NCBI RefSeq assembly: GCF_963921235.1
Contig: NC_086106.1
Coordinates: 29,202,001-29,266,000 of the forward strand
Reading direction: 5' to 3'
From: Mobula hypostoma
Taxonomy: Eukaryota
Length of the DNA stretch: 64,000 bases
Under the pieces are notes generated by a model. The model saw nothing but the letters and a program-made list of their open reading frames with translations, was not told the DNA's origin and ran no database searches. This document shows, piece after piece, positions 13,102 through 25,689 of the stretch (position 1 is its first letter; every line of letters begins with the position of its first letter). The position numbers and the translations under genes are program-made.

Positions 13102-13799
13102 CAATTTAAAAATGCTTCTCCATGCTGTTCCAGCCCTATCCCAGCACTATTCTGCTAAACTGGGAAACTGAATCTATTATGGGTTCACTCCTTTTCTGTT
13201 GACGTCTAGTGACCGCCTCAAAATCGCTATACTGTTTGACTCCTGCTAAGAAGATCTCTTTTGTCTGTTCTTACCATGTCCACTGAGGTAGCCCGTTGCA
13301 TGTTCATCATCATTTGGGGCCCAGTCATCACCTGCTCCCCGGGGTACTGCGAATTGTTGTTTGAGATTTGACCAAGCGCTGCCATTGGAATTCCACACGC
13401 TCAACATCCTCAGCCGAAAGAAATTCCTCCTCTCCTCTGTTCTAAAGGGACATTCTTCCATTATATGGCTGTCCCTTCTTGTCCTAGAATCTCCCACTAT
13501 TGCAAACATCCTCTCCACGTCCATTCTTACTGTGCTTCTCTTGGCAAAGGTTTAAAAATAGCACCTCTGTAGCAGCATAACGTCATCACAGTATCACGGT
13601 TCAGTGGAAAGCTGTGGGTTTCTTAATCAGGCTAGCGGCTCCACTTATCAGACTGCGAACTTCCGCTGCAGTTCAGGGCTTGAGAATGGGCACATTTCCT
13701 ACCATTATTTGGAGTGCCTGCGTGTGGGTCGTTTTGCGTAGCATCTTTTCCATAGTTGCTGCTTGGCCTGCTGAGTTCCTCCAGCATTTTGTTTTTCCC

Positions 13800-14030
13800 A
13801 GAGAGTGATGAATCTGTGGAATTCTCTGCCTACGGAAGCAGTTGAGGCTTCTTCACTAAATATCTTTAAGAAACAGTTAGATAGGTTTTTATATAGCGAG
13901 GGAATTAAGGGTTATGGGGAAAAGGCAGGTAGATGGAGCTGAGTTTACGGGCAGATCAGCCATGATCTTATTGAATGGCGGGGCAGGCTCGATGGGCCGG
14001 ATGGCCTACTCCTGCTCCTATTTCTTATTT
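13800..14030 (+). mobile_element. CR1 3' end
   Basis: cagagagtgatgaatctgtggaattc...atggcctactcctgctcctatttcttat. Confidence 0.8.
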
Positions 14031-14504
14031 ACAATGGGACTGAGACAACTGTGTTTGTCGTTGTTGCTGCCGTGCTGTGGCCTCCTTATCCGCTATTGTG
14101 CCTGTCTAACAGGAGGATGTAGGATACTGCAGGGACAGACAGGACTACTGTCAGGGTGCAGCCTCAATCCATGATTATCACGGTGTAATTGTTTTTCCAA
14201 ATTTGCTGTCCTGCTCCACGGGCCACCTGCTGTGCTGCTAACAAAGATTCAACGGTAGTGATTTGAGGTACAGTTCACTGTAAGATCATTATGACTCTAG
14301 GGGATGTGACTGATGTTTTGGCCACTGCATCAGCGACAGTGTTACCTTGTGCAATTGGGTCTGAGCTGCCAGTATGGACTTCACACTTAATCACAGGCAA
14401 TGGCCTGGCCTGCAGTAAATTATTCATTAATTGGGCAAGTTATATAGCCACCCCCCGGGACTCCTCTATGCTGTCACAGGGTACTGAAAACACAAAACCA
14501 TAAG

Positions 14505-15830
14505 CAGAATTAGGCCATCTAGCCCATTGAGTCTGCTCCAACATTCAATCATGGCTGATCCTTTTTTTAAAATCTCCTCCTCAACCCCAGTTCCCGGCTT
14601 TCTCCCCGTAACCTTTGATGCCATGTCTAATCAAGAACCTATCAATCTCTGCCTTAAATACACCCAACGACCTGGCCTCCACAGCTGCCCGTGGCAACAA
14701 ATTCCACAAATTCACCACCCTCTGGCTAAAGAAATTTCTCTGCATCTCTGTTTTGAAAGGGTGCCCCCCTATCCTGAGGCTGTGCCCACTTGTCCTAGAC
14801 TCCTCCACCATGGGAACTATCCTTTCCACATCTACTCTGTCTAGGCCTCTCACTATTTGAAAAGTTTCAGTGAGATCCCCCTCAACCTTCTGAGTTCCAG
14901 CGAGTAACTTTCCTCGTATGATAACACTTTCACTCCTGGAATCATCCTTGTGAACCTCCTCTGGATCCTCTCCAATGCCAGCACATCTTCTTTAAGATGA
15001 AGGGCCCAAAACTATTCACTATAGTCAAGGTGAAGCCTCACTTTACTTTAGTCAGAGGATAGTAAATCTCTGGAGTTTGCTTCCACAAGCAGCTGTGGAA
15101 GACAAGTCTTTAGGTATATTTAAGGCAGAGATAGATAGGTTCTTGATTAGCCGGGGCATCAAAGGGTACGGGGAGAGGGCAGGGGAGTGGGGATGATGGA
15201 AGAATTGGATCTGCAATGATTGAATGGCAGAGCAGACTCGATAGGCCAAGTGGGCTACTTCTGCTCCTATATCTTATGGTCTTATGGTCTCACTAGTGCC
15301 TTATAAAGTCTCAGCATCATATCCTTGCTGTTGTATTCTAGACCTCTTGAAATGAATGCTAACATGGCATTTGCCTTCCTCACCACTGACTCAACCTGCA
15401 AGTTAACCTTCAGGACTCCCAAGTCCCTCTGCATCTCAGATTCCTGGATTTTCTCCCCGTTTAGAGAATAGTCTGCGCATATATTTCTACTACCAAAGTG
15501 CATGACCATGCATTTTCCAACATTGTATTTCATTTGCCACTTTCTTCCCCATTCTCCTAATTTGTCTACGTCCTTCTGCAGGCTACCTGTTTCCTCAACA
15601 CTACCTGCCCCTCCACCAATCTTTGTATATTCTGCAAATGTGGCAACAAAGCCATCTATTCCATTATCTAACACCGACCCCTGTGGAACACCACTAGTCA
15701 CTGGCAGCCAACCAGAAAAGGATCCTTTTATTCCCACACGCTGCCTCCTACCAATCAGCCAATGCTCTAACCATGTTAGTAACTTTCCATAAATCCATGG
15801 GCTCTTAACTTGGTAAGCAGCCTCATGTGT
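14505..15830. mobile_element. Cluster of CR1 fragments (14505-15040 minus, 15050-15290 plus, 15290-15830 minus)
   Basis: ORFs 14581..14853 (GLDRVDVERI..FFSQRVVNLWN) and 15282..15878 (GVPQGSVL, WQMKYNVGKC). Confidence 0.85.
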
Positions 15831-15880
15831 TGCAGGTTCTACCCTAGAAGTATATTGTGAATCAGTATAGATATTCACTG

Positions 15881-16180
15881 AAAAACAGCTTTTCCCCCAG
15901 AGCTATAATTGCTCTGAACCAACCGATCAAGCATCATCCATAAATTGTTATATTGCTATTTTAGTACTGGTTTTGTGGCTGCCATGCATCTGAGTTGTGC
16001 TTTTGTACTGCTGGGCATTGCTTGTACTGGCTGGTTACTCGATTTTATTTATTGTTCATTTATTTTATTTGTTGTTTTATAGCATTGAGTACGAGAGTTG
16101 CAAACTCATTTTCGCTGTATTGGTGCGTGACAAATTGTACTATGCAATGACAATAAAGATATTTCATTTCATTTCATTTC
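15881..16180 (+). mobile_element. Rex1-like 3' end with (tttca)n tail inserted into the ERV RNase H
   Basis: aacagcttttcccccagagc...aataaagatatttcatttcatttcatttc separates AEGKT from NIYTDS. Confidence 0.7.
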
Positions 16181-17496
16181 AGTTTTACCCTCAGCTAAGG
16201 TACAGGCTCTGGTGAGTGCAAATAGTTCAGCTGCCTGTGCTGATGTTCCTGAAAGGACGGAGCACATTTCTAGTACTTCACGAGAAGTCGCCACGGCATA
16301 CCCAGCCAATGTCTCAAAATCATTAGGTTTACACGATGAACCATCAGTAAAAAGAATCAGCTTTGGGTTATCTAAAGGGGTGGAACTCAAATCAGGACGA
16401 GGGAAGGTAGCGACTTCCACAGTTAATACACAGTCATGTTGTTCAGTGTCACTGAGAATGAGAACAAGGGTGGCTGGATTAAGGGCAGACGCTCTTCCTA
16501 AAAAAAAATCAAATTTGGCTCTGATAATAGCATGACCTCATATCCCATTCGCCTTTCCGCTGTGAAGTGTGTGTCGCCACTGAACTGAGGAATGGCATCA
16601 CTGCGTGAGGAACCAATACTGCGCAGGGATGGTCCAATGTTACAGGCGTTGCCTTCTCAACCCTCGCTGCTGTTTCTGCCACAGTTCATAGGCAGCCAGG
16701 CAGGACATGCACCAAGGATGGTGATTGAATGGAGTAATATGCCACCGGTCTCTTTGAGCCACCATGTTCCTGAGTCAGCATGGCGCTGGCAAACCCTTCC
16801 TTTTCATTTGTATATAACTGGAAGCATTTGGAGTCGTCAGGAATGCCCAGGGCTTGTGCCTGGAGGAGTGTCTTCTTCACAGCCTCGTATGCCTGTTCCA
16901 TTTCTAGGTTCCACTGGAACTGAGATGGTGCATCCTGTAGTGTAGCTGTCTGAAGCATAGCGTCATAGGTTCTGAATTCGGGAATCCAGTTTGGAAAGTA
17001 ACTTGTCGTTCCGAGAAATGCCAGCATCTGCTTCTTATTTTGTGGTGTAGGAGATTACAGACACATGTTCAGGACCAAGTCTTCTAGTGTCTTGTTGCAG
17101 AATATAGGCCAAATCAGTAATGGTTGCTTAGACAATGAAGCTCGATGTCTATGGGTGGTTTAACAGTGTCATATTGTCTTCCAGTGTCTTGGATGCCAGC
17201 AGTAGATTGTCAGGATATAGTAAAATGACACCAGCACCCAGCAACTGCAATGACTTCAAGTCGTCTCATACAGTAGTTGCATATACCACTGGGCTCTCAG
17301 TATAGTCCTGAGGCAACCTGGCCCAGGTATATTGCTGCCCATTATACATAAAGGTGAACAGGTATTGGCCATCCTCGTGCAGAGGGACAGAGAAGAAGGC
17401 AGAGCAGAGTTCAATTACCTCTACCAGCGAGATTCAGATGTTATAGAGGGCAAAGTGACAATTGTGTCTGGTACAACCAGGGAAATTGGCAGTCCT

Positions 17497-17890
17497 GTCA
17501 GAATCAAGTTTATTATCACTGGCATGTGTCATGAAATTCATTAATTTAGTAGCAGCAGTACAAGAGACACACGATAATATAGAAAAAAATAATCAATTAC
17601 AGTAATTATGTATTTAAAATATATGATATTAAATAGTTAAATTAAACACAGTGCAAAAACAGAAATATTTAAAAAGTGAGGTAGTGTTCATGGGTTCAAT
17701 GTCCATTTTGGAATCAGATGGCAGGGGGGAAGAAGCTGTACCTGAATTGCTGAGAGTGTGCCTTCAGGCTTCTGGATCTTCCTGATGGTAACAATGAGAA
17801 GAGGGCATGCCCTGGGTGGTGGGTGTTCTTAATAATGGACACTGCCTTTCTGAAACACCGCTCCTTGAAGATGTCCTGGATACTTGGAAG
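17497..17890 (-). mobile_element. Rex1/Babar 3' end
   Basis: Tail tcagaatcaagtttatt; ORF encodes KAVSIIKNTHHPGHALFSLLPSGR. Confidence 0.8.
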
Positions 17891-19956
17891 CAATAAAGGC
17901 TGCCCCCGGCTGCAGTCCGTGCCCACCAATAGCATGGGTTTCATCCTTGCAATAGTTAGCCTCTGGAACTCCTGCCACTTTGCATCTGAAGCCTCTCATC
18001 CTTACAGTCTTCTCTCATCAGTTCAATGTTGCATTTCAATCCTGTTGGCATCACCCGACTGACCTGTGTCTGACTCCCATTGGAAGTATCCAAGGTCGAC
18101 ACAACCCCTGCCTTAAGTGACTTCTTTTGTTCTATTCGACTCGGGAACAAACCATTCTAACCAGGTCACAGAGGCACTAGGCTGAGATAATGAGATTACT
18201 TCTGTAAACCTGCCATTGTACACAATAAACAGCTTATCTGAGAATGATCTCAGGGTTTTGCAGATCAATAGCAGAAACTGTTTGTGTTTCACATTCAATT
18301 GCTCTGATTAAGCTATTCCAGAGGAAGAATCAGTTCTTTCTCGTCTCTCAGGTCCCACCATCAGCTCTTGGGTCCTTGGAGACTCCATCTTCCTCCCATC
18401 CCACCTTCTCTGAACACCCCAACCTTCCCCTCTCCTCAAACAGTACCAATTCTCTTCCCCCCTCTAATCCCAGCTCTCAGCTGTGCCAGGGCTTCACAAT
18501 TCTCTCTGACCTAACCCTCCCTGAGGCAGAACGTTCTGTCCTCAGTAAAGGCCTCACCTTTGTCCGCCTGCACCTGCATCTCAGTGAGTTCTGTGCCCGC
18601 CATGACACTGAGCTCTTCTTCCGCCACCTCCGTCTACGCACCGATGTCCCTTACTTCCATTTTCATTCGTCCTCCTCTTCCTGAACACACTGCTCTGGTC
18701 TTCTGCCTGCTCTGGATTTTTTTATTGTTAATTGCTGACGAGACATCAACTGACTCGATCTTAACGCTGCTTTCTGAAATTCTAAGTTCACTCCTTCCGA
18801 AAGCGCTGCTCTCCACTCTCTCTGCACTAATCCTAACCTCATAACCAAACTCACAGATAAAGGGGGAGCTGTAGTAGCCTGGCGGACTGATGTCTACCTT
18901 GCTGAGGCCAGATGACAAATCTCAGACACCTCCTCTTACTTACCCCTCGAACAGGACCCCACTAAGGAGCACGAGACTATTTTTTCCCACGCCATCACCG
19001 ACCTTATCAATTCTGCGAATCTCTCATCCGCTGCCACCAACCTCCTAGTTCCCTCACCCCATAAACCTGCCTGTCCAGGTAGACCCATTATTTCTGTTTG
19101 CTCCTGCCCCATCAAACTTGTATCTGCCTACCTCCACTCAGTTTTATCCCCCCAATTCAGTCCCTTCCTACATACATCCATGACACTTCACATGCTCTTG
19201 ATCTTTCCAATGACTTCAAGTTCCCAGGCCCCCATCTTCTCACTTTCAGTGTGGATGATTAGTACCTATGCACCTCTCTCTCTTCATGTGCCTTGCATGT
19301 TACACACTTGGGCGATCATGGCTCTCCACATCGAATGATCCTTCACATTGTCAATGATATCTCGCACACTTAGATCCGTTAGTTTTTTCACAGTGTCCAT
19401 ATATTTTCTTCTTTGCTTTCCTCTTCCGTGTTTCCCAGGCATACCACCTTGTAATGTAAGGCATTCGATTTCTCCCTTTCTGATGACATGGCCCAGGAAT
19501 TTAAGTTTCCTCTCATTTACTGTTCTATTTAAGATCTTTTTGTATGGGCACGTTGGAGTACTGTCTCATTAGTTACCCTATCTCTATATGATATTTTCAG
19601 CATTCTTCTAAGAAACCACATTTCTGTTGCTTCTAAGTTTCTTTGCAGTTCTGGTGTTATAGTCGGAAGCATACAGCAAGATTGACCAGATGTAATATTT
19701 TAGTAGCCTAAGCCTTGTTGTCATAAAAATGTGTCTGTTGGTAAAAATGGGTTTCATTTTTTGGAAGTTGGTTTTGGCAATGGCAATTCTTCTTTTCATT
19801 TCTACTTTACTTCTAGCATCTTGTGATAAAAAGCTAGCAAGGTGATTAAAGCTGGTCTTTTGTTCAATCTCTTTGTTACCGATGTACAATCGGCAGTTGG
19901 GACTATCCTGCTGTTTTGATATTACCATACATTTGGTTTTTTTTTACAGTTGATGG

Positions 19957-20790
19957 TGTTACATACCCCGTAACTGGGTTGCCAAACCAGCAGAAATGGA
20001 CCACTTAGTTGGAGTCTGGTTTAACAGAAATTAATAAAGTTTTATTAAAGAAATAGGTAACACAGTACTCTAATCGTAAGGATATAAATGCAACAGGTTA
20101 GCAATGATAAAACACACATGTACACAGAACTAGGGTAATAGGAATCAATCAAGCTCTATCACAGTCTAGGGGTAAAATGATCAGTCTCAAGTGACACAGA
20201 GTTCAGTTCAGCTTAGTACAGCTCGCAGTAATCGCTGTTGTGCCATTAGAGAGAGAGAGAGAGAATATGCAAATCTGATTCAGCAGACTTTTGATGTTCT
20301 TTGCAGTTGGCTTTTGGGCAGACCCTTTTTATGTCTTCTGTGGTCACCGACTGTGACCCCTCCGTTCCGGATACAACCATTCTTCCGCGGTGAAGCCGGC
20401 ACCTAGGCAAGGGCGGACACACACACCAGGTTCCCGCCGATCGTACCTTTTCACCCTGTGCATCTATGGTCGGTTCCCGCGACCAGACCTCCAAACTCCC
20501 ACCAACTTGTGGGAGCACACCACTCTTCCAGGGTCTCGTTATCTCCTGATCTCGTGGTGTGTCGTGCCTTAGCGAACTTGTTCTTTTTATCCCCCTGCTG
20601 GGGTATCGGCTGTCCATCAAACTTCAAACAGTTCAGGTTCAAAGCAACCGGTCTGTCAATATTCTGAAATGTGTTTCTTTCTCGTTAATCTCTCTCTTCT
20701 CTCTTATTAGCATTTTGAATGTTTCTCCATTGTCTCACTTATCTCTCTCTCATTAGCATCAATCTTCTGATAACTTGGTTTTTCGTCACA
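19957..20790 (-). mobile_element. Gypsy-type solo LTR (834 bp)
   Basis: TG...CA termini; 4-bp TSD atgg at 19953-19956 and 20791-20794; splits the RTE ORF; aataaa on the minus strand near its left end. Confidence 0.92.
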
Positions 20791-22796
20791 ATGGTTAGAC
20801 CAAAATCTGCACTTGCTTGTACTACTTTGTCTCGGAGGATTTGTATGTGTTCTGCAGCACTTGCTATTAGGGTGGTATTGTCTGCATATCTTATATTGTT
20901 GATGTTAACACCTCCAATTTTTATCCCATTTAGGCCTTCTATTTCTTTGAGAATCATTTCACTATAGATATTAAATAATTCCGGTGAGGCAATGCATCCC
21001 TGACTAACTCCTCTTTGAATTTTAGTCTAACTGCTTCTATTATCATCAATTTTTATCGCCACCGTTTGATTCCAATATAAATTTTGAAGCAGTTGTTGGT
21101 CCCTTCTATCAATGTTTAGTTTAGCGAGAATTTAAAATAATTTTTCATGTTGCACTTTGTCGAATGCTTTAGTGAAATCAATAAAACATAAAAAGACATT
21201 ATTTTCATATTGAATTGCCCTTTCTGAAAGCATTCGTATTATGAAAATTACGTTCCTAGTTCCTCCATCCTCAATAAACCCATATTGCAGTTTAGAAGTT
21301 TCTGGCCTTAACTTGGTTTTAATTTGACTCAGAACAATTCTCAACAAAATCTTTATTATGTGACTCATAAGACTGATTGTTCTATAATTTTCGCAGTCAA
21401 TAGTTACAGGAATTTTTGGCAGAGTTATAAATACTGATTTCAAGAGATTGTCAGGTAATACACCAGACTCGTATATGCCATTAAACAGTTCGAGAAGAAT
21501 ATCTGTGCCCAGATCTTCTAGGACTTGCATTATTTACACTGAAATTTCATCAGGTCCAGTGGCTTTACCATGTTTCATGCTTTTCATTGCTTTAGTTATT
21601 TCTTCTTTGGTAGTAGGTGGGCCAGAATTAGGGTGTTTAATATCTGGGGGATCCCCTCTATTATCTTCAAAAAGCTGCTCTATATACTGAATCCACCTCT
21701 CACATACTTTATCTGGATCTGTTCATATGGATCCGTCTGCTGATCTTATGCATTCTGTAGAGGAGGTTTTCTTAATTCCGGTAATTTCCTTAATTTACTT
21801 GTGCATTTCTTTGCTGTTGTTAATATGGCCTTCTACTTCATTGCATTTTTGATTCAGCCATTCTTCCTTTGCAATATTGCACAATTGTCTGGTCCGTCTG
21901 TCTAGCTCTCTGTATTGCACTTCATTATTCTTCACTAACCTTCTTTGTTCCATCAAATCTAGAATTTATTTGGTTATCCATCCCTTACTGGTGTGTTGGA
22001 TTTCTTGTTCTGGAATTATCTCCTCTGCTGATTATTGTATAGCATATTTAAATCTATCTCAAATAGGTGTTGTTACATTTTCATTGAGGTGTTCTTCTAC
22101 AGCTGTCTTGAATTGTTGCTTAAGTATGCTATTTTTTTAAAAATACTCCCAACATATATTTCTTTCTCTTTTTTCCACGTTTCAGTTTCTTTAATTTTGT
22201 TTTGATGGTAGCTATTACTGGATGGTGATGTGAAACACAGTCTGCTCAAGGTAGGCTTTAGAATTTGTGATATTATTTCTAAAGCGTTCATTGATGGTAA
22301 TAAAATCTATTTGATTCCTTGTTCTATCTCCAGGGCTAATCCAAGTACACAATCTAGGTGGATGGTTTTTATACCAAGTATTGGTGATCACTTGGTTGTT
22401 TCTGACACACCAATCAGTAAACCTTTCTCCATTTTCATTTTCCTCCCCTAATCCAAAAGGTCCTATTATGTTATCAACCCTTTCCTGTCCAACTTTGGAG
22501 TTAAAATCTCCCATGACTAGTTTTATATCCTGAGATTTAGATTGGTCATAAGCACTGTCGAGATCGTCATAAAACTTGTTGATATCCTCTTCATCCACAT
22601 CATTTGTTGGCGCATAGGCTTGGATTATGCTAATGTATAAAGGGTTACCCCTTAATTTAACTAAAAGCAGCCGGTCGGATAACGCCCAAAATCCCATAAG
22701 ACATTTTGATACTTGTTTGTTTAAAATAATTCCAACTCCATACATATGTTGTTGACCTCCAGAATACATTATCAGAGAACTATTCTTAGTGAATTT

Positions 22797-23388
22797 GCTA
22801 TTGTCGGTCTGTGTTAACTAGGGGGCCGTGCACAATCCGGATTTGATGGAGACAGACGTGAGGAGCACAGAGGAACACCTGGAATAACTTCTGAAATGCC
22901 CGCTTCACTGCTGCTGCTACTGTGCGATCGAGTATCTCCGGAGACGAAGGCCCCAAATCCTCGGCTTTGCCTATGGCTTGTTGCCGGGGCCGGGGTCGAA
23001 GCGCTCGGCAGAGATGGTGCTCGGTGTCGGAGAGCTGGTCAGAGGCTCGAAGTTTTTGGACGGGCTCGGAGTTGGACTGTGGTCGGATGCTTCCGGGATG
23101 CTGCAACGGCAAGTTTGCGGCGCTGGAGGTTCACCGTCTGCGTGAGATGATGGGACTTTCGAGAGACTTTGAGACTTTTACCGTGCCATGGTCTGTTCTT
23201 ATCAAATTATGGTATTGCTTTGCACTGTTGTAACTATATGTTATAATTATGTGGTTTTTGTTAGTTTTTAAGTTGGTTTCTCATGTGTTTCCGTGATATC
23301 ATTCTGGAAAAACATTGTATCATTTCTTAATGCATGCATTACTAAATGACAATAAAAGAGGACTGCGTGTCCTCATAATCTAATCTAA
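22797..23388 (+). mobile_element. Non-autonomous retroelement (SINE-like) with (taatc)n tail, 5' truncated
   Basis: Homologous to 32760-33401 and 34914-35063; ends aaatgacaataaa...cctcataatctaatctaat. Confidence 0.8.
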
Positions 23389-24100
23389 TTTCTGACAGGC
23401 CTATGATATCAACTTCCAACCTTTTCATTTCATTTAATGTGTTGTCCAACTTTCCTTTCTGGTAAAGTGTATGGATGCTCCATGTTGCTACCCTTAGCCT
23501 TTCCCTATTGTTACAGTCTCTGGATGACGGTCTGGTGTCACCTGCAGCACATGACTACCCTTACCGAGCGAGGTGTTGTTCTGTTGATTAGAATCAACCC
23601 CATTCACGCTGTTCCTTATTTTGTTTCTTTCCACGATTCATTAGGCAGAAATTTCAGCAGTGGTTTGTCATTGCCTTCTGTTGCTGCAGTGCTCATCTAA
23701 CTACAGCATTTGACCTCTGCTGGTGTTCCCAACTAGGAATCATAGACTAGATGTTGCCCAACCTTTGCTGTTGTTGTATAAGGACAATCCTCCACTAAAG
23801 CTTGGAATTGATCTCCCTGCTGCCGGAGACTTCAGTGATTTTAGGTGACACCACCACCATTGGTCTGGTTATTTTTCTGGTGCACTCTATGCACCTCTAT
23901 GGGGCCTTAAAGTTCTCCACTCCTTTCTGGACAACAGACCCAACCATTTCCCCTCTACAACCACTTTCCTCTGCCTGGTGGAACTGGTCGTCACTCTCAA
24001 TATTTCTGCTTCAGCTCCTCCCATTTCCTCCAAACCAAAGGTGTAGCCATGGGCACTTGCATGGTCCCAGCTATGCCCACCTTTTTGTTGGCTACGTCGA

Positions 24101-24530
24101 ACAGAAACAGAATCAGGTTTGTTATAAATGGCATATGTCATGAAATTTGTTAACTTAGCAGCAACAGTATAATGCAATGCATGATAATAGAGAAAAATAA
24201 ATAATTTATATATACATATATAATAGTTAGATTAAAAATAATGCAAAACATAATATACTGGTATATAAAAATAAGTGAGATAGTGTTCATGGGTTCAATC
24301 TCCATTTAGGAATCGGATGGCAGAGGGGAAGAAGCTGTTCCTGAATCGCTGAGTGTGTGTCTTCAGGCTTCTGTACCTCCTACCTGTTGAGAAAAGGGCA
24401 CATCCTAGGTGATGGGAGTTCATAATAATGGATGCCACCTTTCCAGGCACTATTCTTTGAAGATGTCTTGGATGCTACGGAGCTGACTAATTTTACAACT
24501 TTCTGTAGCATCTTTCAGTTGTGAAGTAGA
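24101..24530 (-). mobile_element. Rex1/Babar 3' end
   Basis: cagaatcaggttt tail and ggggaagaagctgttcctgaatc, as in 17497-17890. Confidence 0.8.
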
Positions 24531-25689
24531 CTCCGCCCCTCTCATTTGGTCCATTTCTGACACCACCCTCCCCTCTATCAATCTGTCTCCATCTGTGGAG
24601 ACAGTCTATCTACTGGCGTCTCTTATAAAGCCACTGATTCTCACAGGTACCTGGACTATATTTCTTCCCACCCTGTTACTTATAAAATGCCAATCCCCTT
24701 CTTTCAGTTCCTCCATCTTCACTGCCTCTGCCATCAGGATAAGGCTTTTCATTCCAGAACTAATGAGATGTTCTCCTTCTTCAAAGAAGGGGGCTTTCTT
24801 TCCTCCACAATCAACGCTGCCCTCACCTGCATCTCTTCCATTTCACATGTCTTCCCTCACCACATCCTCCCGCCACCCCACCAGGGATAGAGTTCCTCTT
24901 GTCCTTACCTACAACCCCACTAGCCTTCGCATCCAGCAAATAATTCTCTGTCACTTCCACCATCTCCAACAGGATCCGATCACCAAGCACATCTTTCCCT
25001 CCCCACCCCCCACCAACACTTTCTGCTTTCCACAGGGATTGCTCCCTACACGACTCCCTTGTCTATTCATCTCTCCCCACTTACCTCCCTCCTGATAGTT
25101 ATCCTTAAAAGCATAACAAATGCCATCACTGCCCTTACACCTCCTCCCTCACCACCATTCAGGGTCCCAAACATTCCTTCCAGGTGAGGCGACACTTCAC
25201 CTGTGAGTCTGTTCAGGACATCTACTGTATCTAGTGCTCCCTGTGTGGCCTCCTGTAAATCAGTGAGATCCGACATAGATTGAGATCGCTTCACCGAGCA
25301 CACATGCGCTGCCCAGCATAAAAAGTGGGATCTCCCTGCAGCCACTCACTTCAATTCCACTCCCCATTCCCACTCCGACATGTCAGTCCATGGCCTCCTC
25401 TACTGCCATGATGAGGCCACACTCAGGTTGGAGGAGAAACATCTTGTATTCCACCTGGGTTGCCTCAAACCTGATGGTATGAACATTGAACTTCTGCCAA
25501 ATACACACCCCTCATCATTCCTGTTGTCCTCTCTCACCTTATCTCCTTACCTGCCCATCACCTCCCTCTGGTGCTGCTCCCCTTCCCTTTCTTCCATGGT
25601 CTTCCATCCTCTGTTATCAGATTCCCCCTCTTCCAGCCCTTTATCTCTTTTACTAATCAACTTCCCAGCTCTTTACTGTAATATTTCAA

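Larger units (their letters stand above)
13110..17495 (-). mobile_element. Fragmented epsilon-like ERV pol (RT, RNase H, probable IN remnant) interrupted by CR1, PLE and Rex1 pieces
   Basis: RT motifs YTWARLPQDYTESPVVY and LAFLGTTSYFPNWIP; RNase H motifs LFTDGSS..AGYAV..SAQAAELFALTRAC and NIYTDSQY; GNTVADAVAK at about 14320-14350. Confidence 0.85.
19278..23886 (-). mobile_element. Full-length RTE-clade LINE, degraded (about 3.2 kb after removing nested inserts)
   Basis: 12-bp TSD ctatgcacctct at 19266-19277 and 23887-23898; APE motifs GVGIIL, MGDFNSKVG, NQIDFI; RT motifs NYRTISLMSH, FIDFTKAFDKV, RYADN. Confidence 0.92.
18335..25675 (+). mobile_element. Penelope-like element (RT plus GIY-YIG), near full length, split by RTE and Rex1 insertions
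   Basis: LPEAERSVLSKGLTF and DKGGAVV motifs; TKGVAMGTCMGPSYA at about 24040; GIY-YIG-like IYCI*CSLCGLL..RFTEH at about 25220-25300. Confidence 0.85.
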
